A stretch of DNA of 40,395 nt from a virus. Taxonomy: Duplodnaviria; Heunggongvirae; Uroviricota; Caudoviricetes. The first letter of the stretch is position 1; every line of letters begins with the position of its first letter. Under the pieces are notes generated by a model, which was not told the DNA's origin, did not search any database, and worked only from the letters and a program-made list of their open reading frames with translations. The stretch is from the IMG/VR virus record IMGVR_UViG_3300026488_000017, positions 1 to 40,395 of that record; one strand, 5' to 3'. Positions 1 through 9,593 of the stretch are shown here, piece by piece. A program made the position numbers and the translations under genes.

Positions 1-144
1 CTGTATTATAGCGTGTATAAGGGGAGTATAACCTTTTTTCGTATTATTTTTGATAATACTAGGAAATTCTTTGTATATTTCCTTAACGGCATCTAAGTCG
101 CCAGTATTAATAGCTATATTTAATTTTTCTTTCTCTGGTGTCAT
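1..144 (-). CDS. Ankyrin-repeat protein, partial (runs off window edge; not in ORF track)
   Basis: ATG at 144 overlaps the stop of the 242-aa ORF (TAATG). Hand translation MTPEKEKLNIAINTGDLDAVKEIYKEFPSIIKNNTKKGYTPLIHAIIQ contains ANK-type G-x-T-P-L and A-I-x-x-G-D-L motifs. Confidence 0.75.
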   Translation of the reverse strand, partial: MTPEKEKLNIAINTGDLDAVKEIYKEFPSIIKNNTKKGYTPLIHAIIQ

Positions 145-872
145 TAGTCGTTCCTCTTTGGTACGGGTAGTTTTATTTTCCCTGATTTTGTCATCTTATA
201 TAAACCATATACGACACCTGAAAGAATTTGTACTGATTGTTTACCAGGCCAAGGAAATGATAGACCAGTGATAAGACCAGTAGCGAGATATGTGAGCATT
301 AATATACCAGAATCTCCAGCAAATAATTCAGCTATACTGAAATTTCCACCCGCAGCACTAATAATATCTTCCCAACTCATCGAATATTCTAAATCGGGTG
401 TGAAGCTCATTTGAGTCCAGATGTATATCAATAGTCCAGCTACTGCTACACCAGCAAATTTTTTGATTACGGGGTGGCTTTGGAGATATTCGTCTAGCTT
501 ATCTAGGTTATTTTTGACCCATTTAACACCACCATTTTGTTTGATGTAATCGACCATTATTTGTTCTAGTTTTTTGAATGTTTGGAACCCTTTCTTAATT
601 AGAGCAATAAGTTTCATAATATTAAAACCTATTTTCTTAAAGAAAGTAAAAACTTTTGTGCTTTTAAATAATGTAAGCATATCTGTGAGGGAGTATTTAG
701 AAGCAGTTGCAACTTGTTTAATAAAGTCTACCTTCTTTTTTATGTTTCCAGTGATTGAATCTAAAATATCTTCGTTTAGTTGTGATTCTTCTAGTAAATA
801 TATAGCTTGAAGATATTCATCATATTCATTTAAAGGTATTGTTTGTAAAGCAAGTTGTTTGAATGTTTTCAT
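144..872 (-). CDS. Hypothetical late protein, 242 aa, with hydrophobic segments and a capsid-targeting-like N-terminus (MKTFKQL...LNE)
   Basis: ORF track; AAGGAG RBS; TATAAATA late promoter at 891-898. Confidence 0.8.
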   Translation of the reverse strand: MKTFKQLALQTIPLNEYDEYLQAIYLLEESQLNEDILDSITGNIKKKVDFIKQVATASKYSLTDMLTLFKSTKVFTFFKKIGFNIMKLIALIKKGFQTFKKLEQIMVDYIKQNGGVKWVKNNLDKLDEYLQSHPVIKKFAGVAVAGLLIYIWTQMSFTPDLEYSMSWEDIISAAGGNFSIAELFAGDSGILMLTYLATGLITGLSFPWPGKQSVQILSGVVYGLYKMTKSGKIKLPVPKRND

Positions 873-890
873 AAATACTCCTTTTGTGAG

Positions 891-898
891 TATTTATA
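891..898 (-). promoter_or_regulatory. T4-type late promoter TATAAATA
   Basis: Exact match, formed by the last Leu codon plus stop of the upstream ORF and followed by CTCACAAAAGGAG RBS. Confidence 0.75.
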
Positions 899-1265
899 GT
901 AAGTCGGCGTATTTGCCTAGTTTTATTCTTGCTACATCTTTGAGATAACACGAGAAATCGATAATATTCCCACCGAATCGTTCGGTGCGACCTACACTTT
1001 TTTCAATTACTATATTCTTATCCACGCTTTGTATCTTCTCGGCTAAGTCCTTAGCTATTACCTTACAAACAGATAGTTTATCATCAGAATAAAATTCTAT
1101 ATCTAGTTCAAAAATTCTTACTTTATTCTTAGGTTTCATATCAAAAATTTCGATTCCTTCTGTTTCAGCCCATTCAGCATATCCTAAAGTAGACATATCG
1201 CCATCTACTGTTAGTTCTTCATTTAAAATATCTTCAATCTCATCTATTATTTTTTTTGTTTTCAT
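894..1265 (-). CDS. Hypothetical 123-aa protein ending in KLGKYADLL (no ankyrin repeats)
   Basis: ORF track; shared C-terminal tag. Confidence 0.8.
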   Translation of the reverse strand: MKTKKIIDEIEDILNEELTVDGDMSTLGYAEWAETEGIEIFDMKPKNKVRIFELDIEFYSDDKLSVCKVIAKDLAEKIQSVDKNIVIEKSVGRTERFGGNIIDFSCYLKDVARIKLGKYADLL

Positions 1266-1267
1266 TA

Positions 1268-1897
1268 TTAGTCCATCAACGAGGCATATTTGCCTAGTTT
1301 TTTTAAGTTTTTTTGGTGTAATACAAATGTATCATATTTTTCTTTAAATTTCTTCGTTGAGCTATCAAACATAAGAGGTCTTTCGGGTGTCTCTAATAAA
1401 GTAGGTTTAGCCGAAAGAATCAGATTGAAGAGCTTTATGTCGCCACTCCTTAACGCTTCATTAAGTACTGTTCTACCGTTTTTGTCTTGTACATTTACAT
1501 CGGCACCTTTACGAATCAGTAATTCAGCAATATCTCTGTATCCATTAGAAACAGCTAATAACAGTGCTCCTCTTCCCGTACTAGGTTGTTGGTAATTGAT
1601 GTCTTTTGTTAATCTAATAAGAATATCAACCATATTGTACTCATCTGCATATACAGCTCTGATTAAAGCGTTGAATGCTCTCTTTGTCGATGTGATATTT
1701 ACATCAACTTTTGCTGCGAGTAAAAGCTTAACGATTTTTGTGTCGTGCTCTTCAATAGCTACGATTAAAGGGGTTTTTCTGTCTGAATGTTTACTCTTTA
1801 TCTCATAACCATTCAGGTTTTTGTCTTTATCTGCGATGAAATCTTCTATCGCTTCCCAATCACCATCGTGTATCGCTGATAATATTTTCTCTGTCAT
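1268..1897 (-). CDS. Ankyrin-repeat protein ending in KLGKYASLMD
   Basis: KTPLIVAIE, ALLLAVSNGYRDIAELLIRKGADVNVQDKNGRTVL repeats. Confidence 0.92.
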   Translation of the reverse strand: MTEKILSAIHDGDWEAIEDFIADKDKNLNGYEIKSKHSDRKTPLIVAIEEHDTKIVKLLLAAKVDVNITSTKRAFNALIRAVYADEYNMVDILIRLTKDINYQQPSTGRGALLLAVSNGYRDIAELLIRKGADVNVQDKNGRTVLNEALRSGDIKLFNLILSAKPTLLETPERPLMFDSSTKKFKEKYDTFVLHQKNLKKLGKYASLMD

Positions 1898-2601
1898 TAT
1901 AAATCTCCAAACGGGTTATTTTTGATATGAGTAGGTTTCTTTTGTACTGTAGCAAATGAATCATTAATACCATCACCATCAGTATCTACTGGAACCTCTT
2001 GTATCTCTTTAACTGCTATGACATCTTGCTTCACGGCTACATCATCTACGATACCAAAGGCCATATCTAAGTCTATCTTCTCGTATTCTTGGTCTAGCCC
2101 ATCTAGCTCATCACGATTTTCTGTGTAGGCTCTCGTAGTGATTTTGAAAATCTTCTTCTCATCGGCATACACAAACATATTATTATGTCCAGGTAGTTCA
2201 TCTTCAAAGTGAGTAATCTCCATAAATTTACCATTAGGTAGTTTTATTAAGTCTCCTATTATATCAGAATAACCCTTAGAGCTATATAAATCGGGATATA
2301 CTATTAACATATTGATTGAAGAGATAAACATATCCAAAGTAGCTGTACTAGATAGACCGAATTTAGAGAAAAAATCTCCACCAGCAGAGAAACCATCAGT
2401 TTCTTCTAATTTAACATTGAATTCGAAAATAGTGTCATTATTTACCTTGATAGATTGGTGTTCACCGAATATTTCATCGATACCAATTCTATCAGATTTA
2501 AAAAGTTTTATAGTAAGACCATAAAGTTCAATTTCTTCGTGGACCATATTACCATAAAGTTGGTATTCGTTTTCATCATTATAGTTAAAGTTAAATCCCA
2601 T
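1897..2601 (-). CDS. gp14: Neck/head-completion protein, T4 gp14-like
   Basis: IFGE, DFFSKFG, GDLIKLPNGKFMEI, KITT and C-terminal NPF segments recalled from T4 gp14; own late promoter and RBS. Confidence 0.72.
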   Translation of the reverse strand: MGFNFNYNDENEYQLYGNMVHEEIELYGLTIKLFKSDRIGIDEIFGEHQSIKVNNDTIFEFNVKLEETDGFSAGGDFFSKFGLSSTATLDMFISSINMLIVYPDLYSSKGYSDIIGDLIKLPNGKFMEITHFEDELPGHNNMFVYADEKKIFKITTRAYTENRDELDGLDQEYEKIDLDMAFGIVDDVAVKQDVIAVKEIQEVPVDTDGDGINDSFATVQKKPTHIKNNPFGDL

Positions 2602-2619
2602 TATAATCTCCTTTGTGAG

Positions 2620-2627
2620 TATTTATA
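2620..2627 (-). promoter_or_regulatory. T4-type late promoter TATAAATA
   Basis: Exact match, overlaps the stop of the 115-aa ORF, followed by CTCACAAAGGAG. Confidence 0.75.
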
Positions 2628-2970
2628 ATAAGTCGGCGTATTTACCTAGCTTAGTCGTATTGAAATCGAATGAATCCTCTATAACTAAGAAGTGCATATC
2701 ACCGTCTTTACTGTAATAATGTTCTTTATATTCTACTTTTAGTTTTATGCTTATTTTTCTAAATGCTTTATCTATTTTTGATTTGATTTTGAGGACTTCC
2801 ATCTTAGAAGCGTATTCTTGGACTACATCAACTCTTATATTCTGCTTACTGATAGTTACTACGGCATTATCGTATTCTCTTCTATTATAATCTATATAAG
2901 GTTTATTGTTTATTTTTACATATTCGTTAATAATATCAACGATTTCTTCTTTAGTTGTTTCTATACTCAT
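2623..2970 (-). CDS. Hypothetical 115-aa protein ending in KLGKYADLL (no ankyrin repeats)
   Basis: ORF track; N-terminus EEIVDIINE resembles DEIEDILNE of the 123-aa ORF. Confidence 0.8.
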   Translation of the reverse strand: MSIETTKEEIVDIINEYVKINNKPYIDYNRREYDNAVVTISKQNIRVDVVQEYASKMEVLKIKSKIDKAFRKISIKLKVEYKEHYYSKDGDMHFLVIEDSFDFNTTKLGKYADLL

Positions 2971-3488
2971 TAGTCATCTCCTAGTAAGTCTGCGTACTTA
3001 CCTAATTTTTTCTTATTTTGCTGTTTGAAAGCTTCTTTTATTTTATCTTCCACACCCCTACCCCTAGCACTCTTTAAATCACTCTCACGAACGATTGCTC
3101 CATCCTCGATTAGTTTATTGACTATCGAAGCATTGTCTTTGTAGATACTCTGGCTTAGTGCTGATAGACCCTTTCTTGATACTAAATTAATATCAATTCC
3201 TTTTACCTTTAGTAGAGGCAAAATCATACTAGGTCTATTGATTTGAACAGCTATCATCAATGCAGAATCACCGATAGGACTTTTCTTGGGTATTTTATTG
3301 GGTTCTATATCTTTCTGTCTTATAAGCCAATTTAATATTCTCGTAGATTTATTAAGAACAGCTGTCGTTAATAATGTTTCGTTTGTGTCTAGTACATAAT
3401 TAACATCAAAATGACCGTCTTGTATAAGAGCTTTGAATTCAATCACAGCATCTTCGGATATTGCTCTTTCTATTATAGTATCAGTCAT
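2970..3488 (-). CDS. Ankyrin-repeat protein ending in KLGKYADLLGDD
   Basis: ETLLTTAV, GDSALMIAVQ, GIDINLVSRKGLSALSQS. Confidence 0.9.
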   Translation of the reverse strand: MTDTIIERAISEDAVIEFKALIQDGHFDVNYVLDTNETLLTTAVLNKSTRILNWLIRQKDIEPNKIPKKSPIGDSALMIAVQINRPSMILPLLKVKGIDINLVSRKGLSALSQSIYKDNASIVNKLIEDGAIVRESDLKSARGRGVEDKIKEAFKQQNKKKLGKYADLLGDD

Positions 3489-3808
3489 TAAAAATCACCT
3501 AGTAAAGCAGCATATTTACCTATTTTTTTAATTTTAGGGTTTTTCAATAGTTTTATGATTGATTTATCAGAACACAAATCAAACACACCCATCTTCATAA
3601 TGTTCTTTATTGTTAAATCTGGGTTGTAACCCATAATAAGTTCCACCATATCATTACTTCTATAAGTAGTCCCATCATTAGCAGCAACGATAATAGCAGT
3701 TACACCATTTGCATTTTGTGTATTGACATCGAAACCACCTTCTAGTGCTTTCTTAACTTGTTTTTCATTGTTCTCTCTTATGTATTTGAAAAGTGTTTGG
3801 ATATCCAT
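3488..3808 (-). CDS. Short ankyrin-repeat protein ending in KIGKYAALLGDF
   Basis: GFDVNTQNANGVTAIIVAA. Confidence 0.88.
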   Translation of the reverse strand: MDIQTLFKYIRENNEKQVKKALEGGFDVNTQNANGVTAIIVAANDGTTYRSNDMVELIMGYNPDLTIKNIMKMGVFDLCSDKSIIKLLKNPKIKKIGKYAALLGDF

Positions 3809-4143
3809 TATATGTCTCCTAGTAAGTCTGCGTACTTACCTAATTTTTTCTTTTTGATAAGTGCTTTCATACCTTTATTTATGATTTTGAGTATATCTCT
3901 CATACTATTATTATCTTTCAGTAAACTAGTTACAGAATAGCCCCATTTATTTTCTATTTTCATATCGGGGTCGAAAGGCATAATGACTTTAACGAGTTCT
4001 TCATCATAATTGCTTGTACCTATATGTAGAGCTGTGTTGCCGTCTTCATTTTGTGTATTGACATCGAAACCATCTTCAAGTGCAACTTGCACTTCGTGGT
4101 ACAAACCTGCTTTTATCTTATTAAAGAATTTCTTAGCATCCAT
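3808..4143 (-). CDS. Short ankyrin-repeat protein ending in KLGKYADLLGDI
   Basis: GFDVNTQNEDGNTALHIG; close paralog of 3488-3808. Confidence 0.9.
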   Translation of the reverse strand: MDAKKFFNKIKAGLYHEVQVALEDGFDVNTQNEDGNTALHIGTSNYDEELVKVIMPFDPDMKIENKWGYSVTSLLKDNNSMRDILKIINKGMKALIKKKKLGKYADLLGDI

Positions 4144-4559
4144 TAGTCATCTCCTAGTAAGTCGGCGTACTTACCTAATTTTTTCTTATTTGCTTTCTTT
4201 GCTAGTTTTTCTTCTGCTTTATCGAATAATTTAGCAATAGATGAATCTCGTACATACTCTCTCGGAAGGTTATTATGATTATTTGGTATGGTTATATCAG
4301 CACCTGCTTCCAATAATATACCAATCATAGTAGCTAATCTTTTAAAAGTAGCCATCCATAATGTAGTTTCATTTCTTTTATTCACTACATTAATATCGAT
4401 ACCTAATTCTATGAATAATCTAACTTTTCTTGAATCACCACTTAGTACAGCAAGATGCAAAAGACTCTCACCTTTTGAGTCCAACTGGCTCAAATTGATT
4501 TCGCCTGATGCTATCTTTGCTTTTAGTTCTATTATGTTATTTTTGATAACGACATTCAT
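4143..4559 (-). CDS. Ankyrin-repeat protein ending in KLGKYADLLGDD
   Basis: GESLLHLAVLSG, GIDINVVNKRNETTLWMA, GADITIPN. Confidence 0.92.
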   Translation of the reverse strand: MNVVIKNNIIELKAKIASGEINLSQLDSKGESLLHLAVLSGDSRKVRLFIELGIDINVVNKRNETTLWMATFKRLATMIGILLEAGADITIPNNHNNLPREYVRDSSIAKLFDKAEEKLAKKANKKKLGKYADLLGDD

Positions 4560-6628
4560 TAGTATTCTCCACCTAAGTAACTCATATACTTATAAGTACC
4601 ACCTAGTAATTGTTTAACATTATTATATGTCGTTTTGCTGTTGAGAATAACATTGAAACTAAATTTCTTCGATTTACCCACCTTACAAGCTTTAGCAAGA
4701 TTCTTAATATTCTCATTAGATTGTATATCTGAATCTGTAAAAAGAACCTGATTGAAATCTTCCTTTAAGAATTTCTTAATAATTAAGAAAATATCGTGAG
4801 GAAATTCTGTACCACCACCCCAACTTAATTGAAAAAGTTTCTTGATAGGTTTAGGTTCATCTTTAATCTGAATCTTTGACAAATCTTTAGATGCAAGAAG
4901 CTCTTTAGGTGAATCTAATTCTTGATAAGTGTGTTTCTTCTTCTTATGGTCTAAGTTGATTTTGTACACTCTGTATTTGCTATCAAATCTAATAATCCAC
5001 ATACTCTTAATACCATTAGTTAGGCTTTTGTTAATAAGTTTAAGTAGTTCTACTGATACACCTTGTATAGTACTAGCCATCGAGCCAGAACTGTCTAAGA
5101 TGAATAAAAGTGATTGACTCTCATCATCTTCATAACGGACTCCATTCTTCATAGCAACTTTGTCATTACCCATAGCTAACTGACCACGAGTTCTCTTGTG
5201 CATCTTAGTGCTCGTTTCTTCTTCAATTTGAACTGCTTTAGGCATCATTTTCTTAATCAGTTGTTCCCATCTAATAGGCTCACCTTCTTTAAGATTTTCT
5301 AATTTAGCATCGATTTTATCTTTTCTATCTTGTTCAGCTTGTTCAAGTGATTCTTTTCTTTTATCTGAAGCATCTTTATCGGCTTGCTCTTCTTTCTTCA
5401 TTTCATCAATAGCATCATCCAATTCTTCTTGCGACATACCATCATCAGCATCTTCAAAATTTTCATCAGCATCTTTGAAAGCGTCATCTATTTCACTATC
5501 GCTGTCTTCAGATTTTTCTGAATCTTCTGAATCCTCTCCGTCTTCACCTTTCGATGGTTTGCTGTCTGAATCACTTTCTTCGCCATCTTCGCTTTCACCA
5601 TCACTAGATTCACCGTCTTCGGATTCGCCATCTTCGCCATCTTCAGATTCTTCACTATCACCTGATTCACTTTCACCATCTTCTTGCTCTTGCTCTTCTT
5701 GTTCTTCATCGCCCTTTTCTTCGTGATTTTCATCCATATGGTCATCTTGTTGTTTGTCCATATCATCTTTATCATCTTCAGTAAGTTCTTTGAAATCTTC
5801 TATAATGGCATCTTGCATAGCATCCATACTGATATAGTTATCATAATTATAAGTATCAGAATATAACCCAATAGGTAGTTGGTCGTACCCATTTTTAACA
5901 AGATTATAGTTAGTGATATAATCACCTAAATAATTCTGCATCTTTCCAGTCATACCTTTCTTCTTTGATTGATAGAAGTGGTCTGCGTGAACGATATGAT
6001 AGATTTCGTGTAAAATAAGAAATTCTATATATGAATAACTATCAGGAACTTTCCCACCATTATGTGCGTACTGTGAACCTTTTGGTTTAAGGTCTTTCAT
6101 TTCACTATATTTAACAAGCTTCTTACAGAAATCAAGGTTAAATATGACATCACCTTCAGGACTTGCTGCTGCAGTCTTTACAGATTTTACCCAATCAGGT
6201 TGTTTTACGAAACTAGGTTGTGGTGTTAAGATTATATTAAGCTTGAGGCGTTTACCCGTGATAGGATTAACTATTTTGAGGAATGATTTATTCTTAGCTA
6301 GAATAACATTGAATAAATAGTAGAATATTTTCTCGTTGAATACAGTTTCTTCTGTATCTATCATATCAAATAATAGGCTTTCTACTATATTTTTTCTACT
6401 AGGAGCATAGAAAGAATCTGGTTTATCTTTCCACCCTTCTAATGTCTGTTTAATTTGGTCTTCTAATTCTAAATTGATAACGCTTACATCTTTACCTTGT
6501 TTAACGGCAATCTCAGCTATCATTTTCTTAACAAAAGGAGTGCTTAAATCGACTTCACTATATTTAGCACCCTCTCCTCTTGCCGAACTAACATTAACTG
6601 CTTCATTTATTGAATCGAATTTGTTCAT
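4559..6628 (-). CDS. Putative metallopeptidase (HExxH) + acidic linker + VWA domain protein (DUF2201-like)
   Basis: LHEIYH; D/E/S/G-rich linker; MIDAS DSSGS, GGGT and TD motifs. Confidence 0.8.
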   Translation of the reverse strand: MNKFDSINEAVNVSSARGEGAKYSEVDLSTPFVKKMIAEIAVKQGKDVSVINLELEDQIKQTLEGWKDKPDSFYAPSRKNIVESLLFDMIDTEETVFNEKIFYYLFNVILAKNKSFLKIVNPITGKRLKLNIILTPQPSFVKQPDWVKSVKTAAASPEGDVIFNLDFCKKLVKYSEMKDLKPKGSQYAHNGGKVPDSYSYIEFLILHEIYHIVHADHFYQSKKKGMTGKMQNYLGDYITNYNLVKNGYDQLPIGLYSDTYNYDNYISMDAMQDAIIEDFKELTEDDKDDMDKQQDDHMDENHEEKGDEEQEEQEQEDGESESGDSEESEDGEDGESEDGESSDGESEDGEESDSDSKPSKGEDGEDSEDSEKSEDSDSEIDDAFKDADENFEDADDGMSQEELDDAIDEMKKEEQADKDASDKRKESLEQAEQDRKDKIDAKLENLKEGEPIRWEQLIKKMMPKAVQIEEETSTKMHKRTRGQLAMGNDKVAMKNGVRYEDDESQSLLFILDSSGSMASTIQGVSVELLKLINKSLTNGIKSMWIIRFDSKYRVYKINLDHKKKKHTYQELDSPKELLASKDLSKIQIKDEPKPIKKLFQLSWGGGTEFPHDIFLIIKKFLKEDFNQVLFTDSDIQSNENIKNLAKACKVGKSKKFSFNVILNSKTTYNNVKQLLGGTYKYMSYLGGEY

Positions 6629-6646
6629 ATTATCCTCTTTTAGTAC

Positions 6647-6654
6647 TATTTATA
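6647..6654 (-). promoter_or_regulatory. T4-type late promoter TATAAATA
   Basis: Exact match upstream of the VWA-ankyrin operon. Confidence 0.75.
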
Positions 6655-6668
6655 AAAAGTGTAGTTTC

Positions 6669-9593
6669 CTACACTTTTACAAACATATTAGACTTATTAG
6701 CTGTTGCTCTTTGAATAATAACATCATTCAATCCTGGATATCTTTGTAGTGACTCATTCTCGCCGTGTTCCATTAAACTTTCTGTTTCATTATCTCTTGC
6801 ATATCTAAGAACTGGTTTGAAACCTCTTTCTAAGAACATTTCAGATATAAGTGCAGTTATCTCACCGTTGAATTGGTCCCAATCAACCATAGCAAGTAAT
6901 TTCCATAGTCCAATCATATTATCGATACTATTCATAACACTATCGTAATCAACATAAACATCTAATATTTCTGAAATATCATCAACAAATGTGTTAGTAT
7001 CAGAATCAGTAATTGCTTTCTCTATAATTGGAACGATTCCATCATAATCTAAAAGAACATCTACATCAAATTTAGCACCTTCAAAAATTGATTTGATTGA
7101 TTGTAATGCTTCCGATTTAACAGAACTAAAACCATCTGTGATACGATACATATTTGAACCTATAATATCTTCAACACCAATCATTATTTTTTCAAAATCA
7201 GCATTTTCCATTTCACCTTTATCTTGTGCAATGAAACTAAGTACTTGCTTGTACTTGTTTAGCATAACTTTTTCCATAATGTTAGATAGTTCAAGTACTT
7301 CTTCTTCCGTGTACTGCTTTTCAAGTGTGAATCTTTTCTTAATCTTAATCATATTGTAAGCATCTATAATACAACCACTAATAGCTGAATCGTACTCACG
7401 AGCACTTATATAGAAAGTATTGAAACCATCTGTCCAAAAGAATTTTCTTTTATTGTGGTCTTCAATATCATCACCTTTAACATCTTCTGAAGATTCAAAT
7501 CTTTCAACCATTTGCTTAAGAATATCAATACTGATTTCTGTAATATTGAAACCAATCTTCTCATTAATGCCTATATTTGTTTTTTGTCCTTCTAAGTAAG
7601 CCATTACTTCATTGAAGTTTGCTTCAGAATCAATAACATCTACAACATCTTTAAAGTGGTCACTTAATTCAGTTGTTCCTGTATCAGTTGGATTCATTGC
7701 TGCGATAATCATAATGTTATCAGGAATCGTTAAAGCACCTACTTTTTTATCTAACATTAATGAACGAATTGAGTTAAATACTTTTGTGCTTGTTCTTGAA
7801 ATCTCATCAATGAAAAGAATGTGAGTGTATTTTGAATCTCCTTCAGGAAGCTTAGTAGCATCATAATCATTCATAATCTGTGTGAATAATGGTGGCTCTG
7901 AAAATTCTGTCGTTAAATCTTTACCATCACCTGATGGTGTTGTAAGACCCGTACTATCATCTGAATTTAGCGTCGAAGCATCGATTGTAATCTGATTTAG
8001 ATTGTATTTCTTAGCTATTTCTACAATAATTGTCGTTTTACCGATACCTGGCGCACCCGATATAATTGGAACATATTTTCTGTCATCGCCTAGTTTCAGT
8101 TTTGTTTGAATCTGTGAATCTAATGTACCTCTCCACTCACTAGGAGCTAATGGTGTTGCATCAGATGCATCGAATCCTGATGTTTCTTTGATAATGTCTT
8201 TAAGAACTTTTTCGTATTTCTTAAATAATTCTGAAACTTCTTCAGTAGCGTAATCTTTAAAGTTATCTCTAAGGAAAGTCATTAATTGTCTTGCTTCTTC
8301 CATTGTTTCCACTGGAATGTTGGCATTGATATACTTCATTATTTCTTCCCATCTTCTTGGAGAGATACGAATACCAGTTAAAGAGTCTTTTCCACCTAAG
8401 TCATCATCTGTGAATGCTTCAACGAATGCATTATATACTTCAGTACTAATCGGGTTCTTAACTTCTGTTGTTTCTTGTGTACCATCTTCATTATGGATAG
8501 TTTCAATTTCTTCATCATCACCAGTATTAACATCTGTGTTTGTGAATCTATCAGCCATATATCTAAGAAAATCTTCTTTTGAAGGTGTATCAAAGTTTAC
8601 TTTGTCAAATTGGTGATTTAGAGGAATATCATCTAATGAACCATCTGAATTATCCATATTTGAAGCATAGATAATGTAAACATTTGCAGGAATTGGTGTA
8701 TTACCTAGTTTACCATTAAGAATTGTACGGAAAAGATTTTGAATTCTAGCTGAACTTGAACGATAAAACTCATCCAAGAATAATACAGTAGCAAACTTAT
8801 CATTTACTTCATCTATTGTTTCTTTGTACTCATCTGCAAGTGGTTGAAGAATTTTATTTTTCTTTAAGAAAGCATTATACTCATTATCGGTAATTTTCTT
8901 CTTTTGTTTAAGTCTTGTAATAAGAGCTGACTCTGCTTGTACTACTTCGAAACCAGTCTTAGTTTCTTTGAAAGATGAACTCTCTGCAGCAGTCTTATTA
9001 CCTCTTCTTACAAGATAAGGAATATTGATAATATCTTCTTCAGAAATATGTGGAGCTTCAACTGTAATTACTTGCATTCTAAGTAATGACATAATGTTCT
9101 CTACTGTACGAGATTTACCAGTACCTGGGTCACCAGTTAATAGAAGTTTCGCTTGCCCACCACCTATCATATTCATTAGAACTACATCTAAAAAATCTTG
9201 ATATTTTGACTCTGATTTACCTTGTGGTATTTTAAGTTTCTTAGCTTTACCCTTAGATAATTCTTTAACTTTAGTAGTACTTGTACTGATTGAAATTTCT
9301 TCAGGAGCTTCTTCTGGTGTTTCACCTGAACCTACTTCAACTGATTTACCGTTTCTGATAATAATACCTTGATTTACCATAGCCGATAATTCTAATTGCG
9401 AAAAACTAGGAATCTCAACATCGAAATATTTATTGAATTCTTTTGTGAATCCCGAAACTGACTTGAAGCCTTTTACTTTCTCATCTTTAAACCAAGCTTT
9501 AATCTTATCGAATGAAATATCTACACCCAATTTCTTCTTAGTAACACTAGTTTTCTCTTTTTCGTTCATAAAGTCTTGTAATTTTAGTTCCAT
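6669..9593 (-). CDS. Large protein with two tandem MoxR/AAA_5-type ATPase modules
   Basis: GDPGTGKS/FLDEFYR/ASN and GAPGIGKT/FIDEISR/AMNP; sensor-2-like SPRRWE and SAREYD. Confidence 0.85.
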   Translation of the reverse strand: MELKLQDFMNEKEKTSVTKKKLGVDISFDKIKAWFKDEKVKGFKSVSGFTKEFNKYFDVEIPSFSQLELSAMVNQGIIIRNGKSVEVGSGETPEEAPEEISISTSTTKVKELSKGKAKKLKIPQGKSESKYQDFLDVVLMNMIGGGQAKLLLTGDPGTGKSRTVENIMSLLRMQVITVEAPHISEEDIINIPYLVRRGNKTAAESSSFKETKTGFEVVQAESALITRLKQKKKITDNEYNAFLKKNKILQPLADEYKETIDEVNDKFATVLFLDEFYRSSSARIQNLFRTILNGKLGNTPIPANVYIIYASNMDNSDGSLDDIPLNHQFDKVNFDTPSKEDFLRYMADRFTNTDVNTGDDEEIETIHNEDGTQETTEVKNPISTEVYNAFVEAFTDDDLGGKDSLTGIRISPRRWEEIMKYINANIPVETMEEARQLMTFLRDNFKDYATEEVSELFKKYEKVLKDIIKETSGFDASDATPLAPSEWRGTLDSQIQTKLKLGDDRKYVPIISGAPGIGKTTIIVEIAKKYNLNQITIDASTLNSDDSTGLTTPSGDGKDLTTEFSEPPLFTQIMNDYDATKLPEGDSKYTHILFIDEISRTSTKVFNSIRSLMLDKKVGALTIPDNIMIIAAMNPTDTGTTELSDHFKDVVDVIDSEANFNEVMAYLEGQKTNIGINEKIGFNITEISIDILKQMVERFESSEDVKGDDIEDHNKRKFFWTDGFNTFYISAREYDSAISGCIIDAYNMIKIKKRFTLEKQYTEEEVLELSNIMEKVMLNKYKQVLSFIAQDKGEMENADFEKIMIGVEDIIGSNMYRITDGFSSVKSEALQSIKSIFEGAKFDVDVLLDYDGIVPIIEKAITDSDTNTFVDDISEILDVYVDYDSVMNSIDNMIGLWKLLAMVDWDQFNGEITALISEMFLERGFKPVLRYARDNETESLMEHGENESLQRYPGLNDVIIQRATANKSNMFVKV

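Noticed and set aside
4559-4600. VWA protein C-terminus KYMSYLGGEY, and gp14 end FGDL, as degenerate copies of the KLGKYADLL tag
   Set aside because: The GG/GD residues come from the embedded GGAG RBS of the next gene, and the invariant K-x-G-K-Y-A core is missing.
5400-5790. Repetitive GAA/GAT/GGT-rich DNA and overlapping alternative-frame ORFs
   Set aside because: It is the low-complexity acidic linker of the VWA protein, typical of this family.
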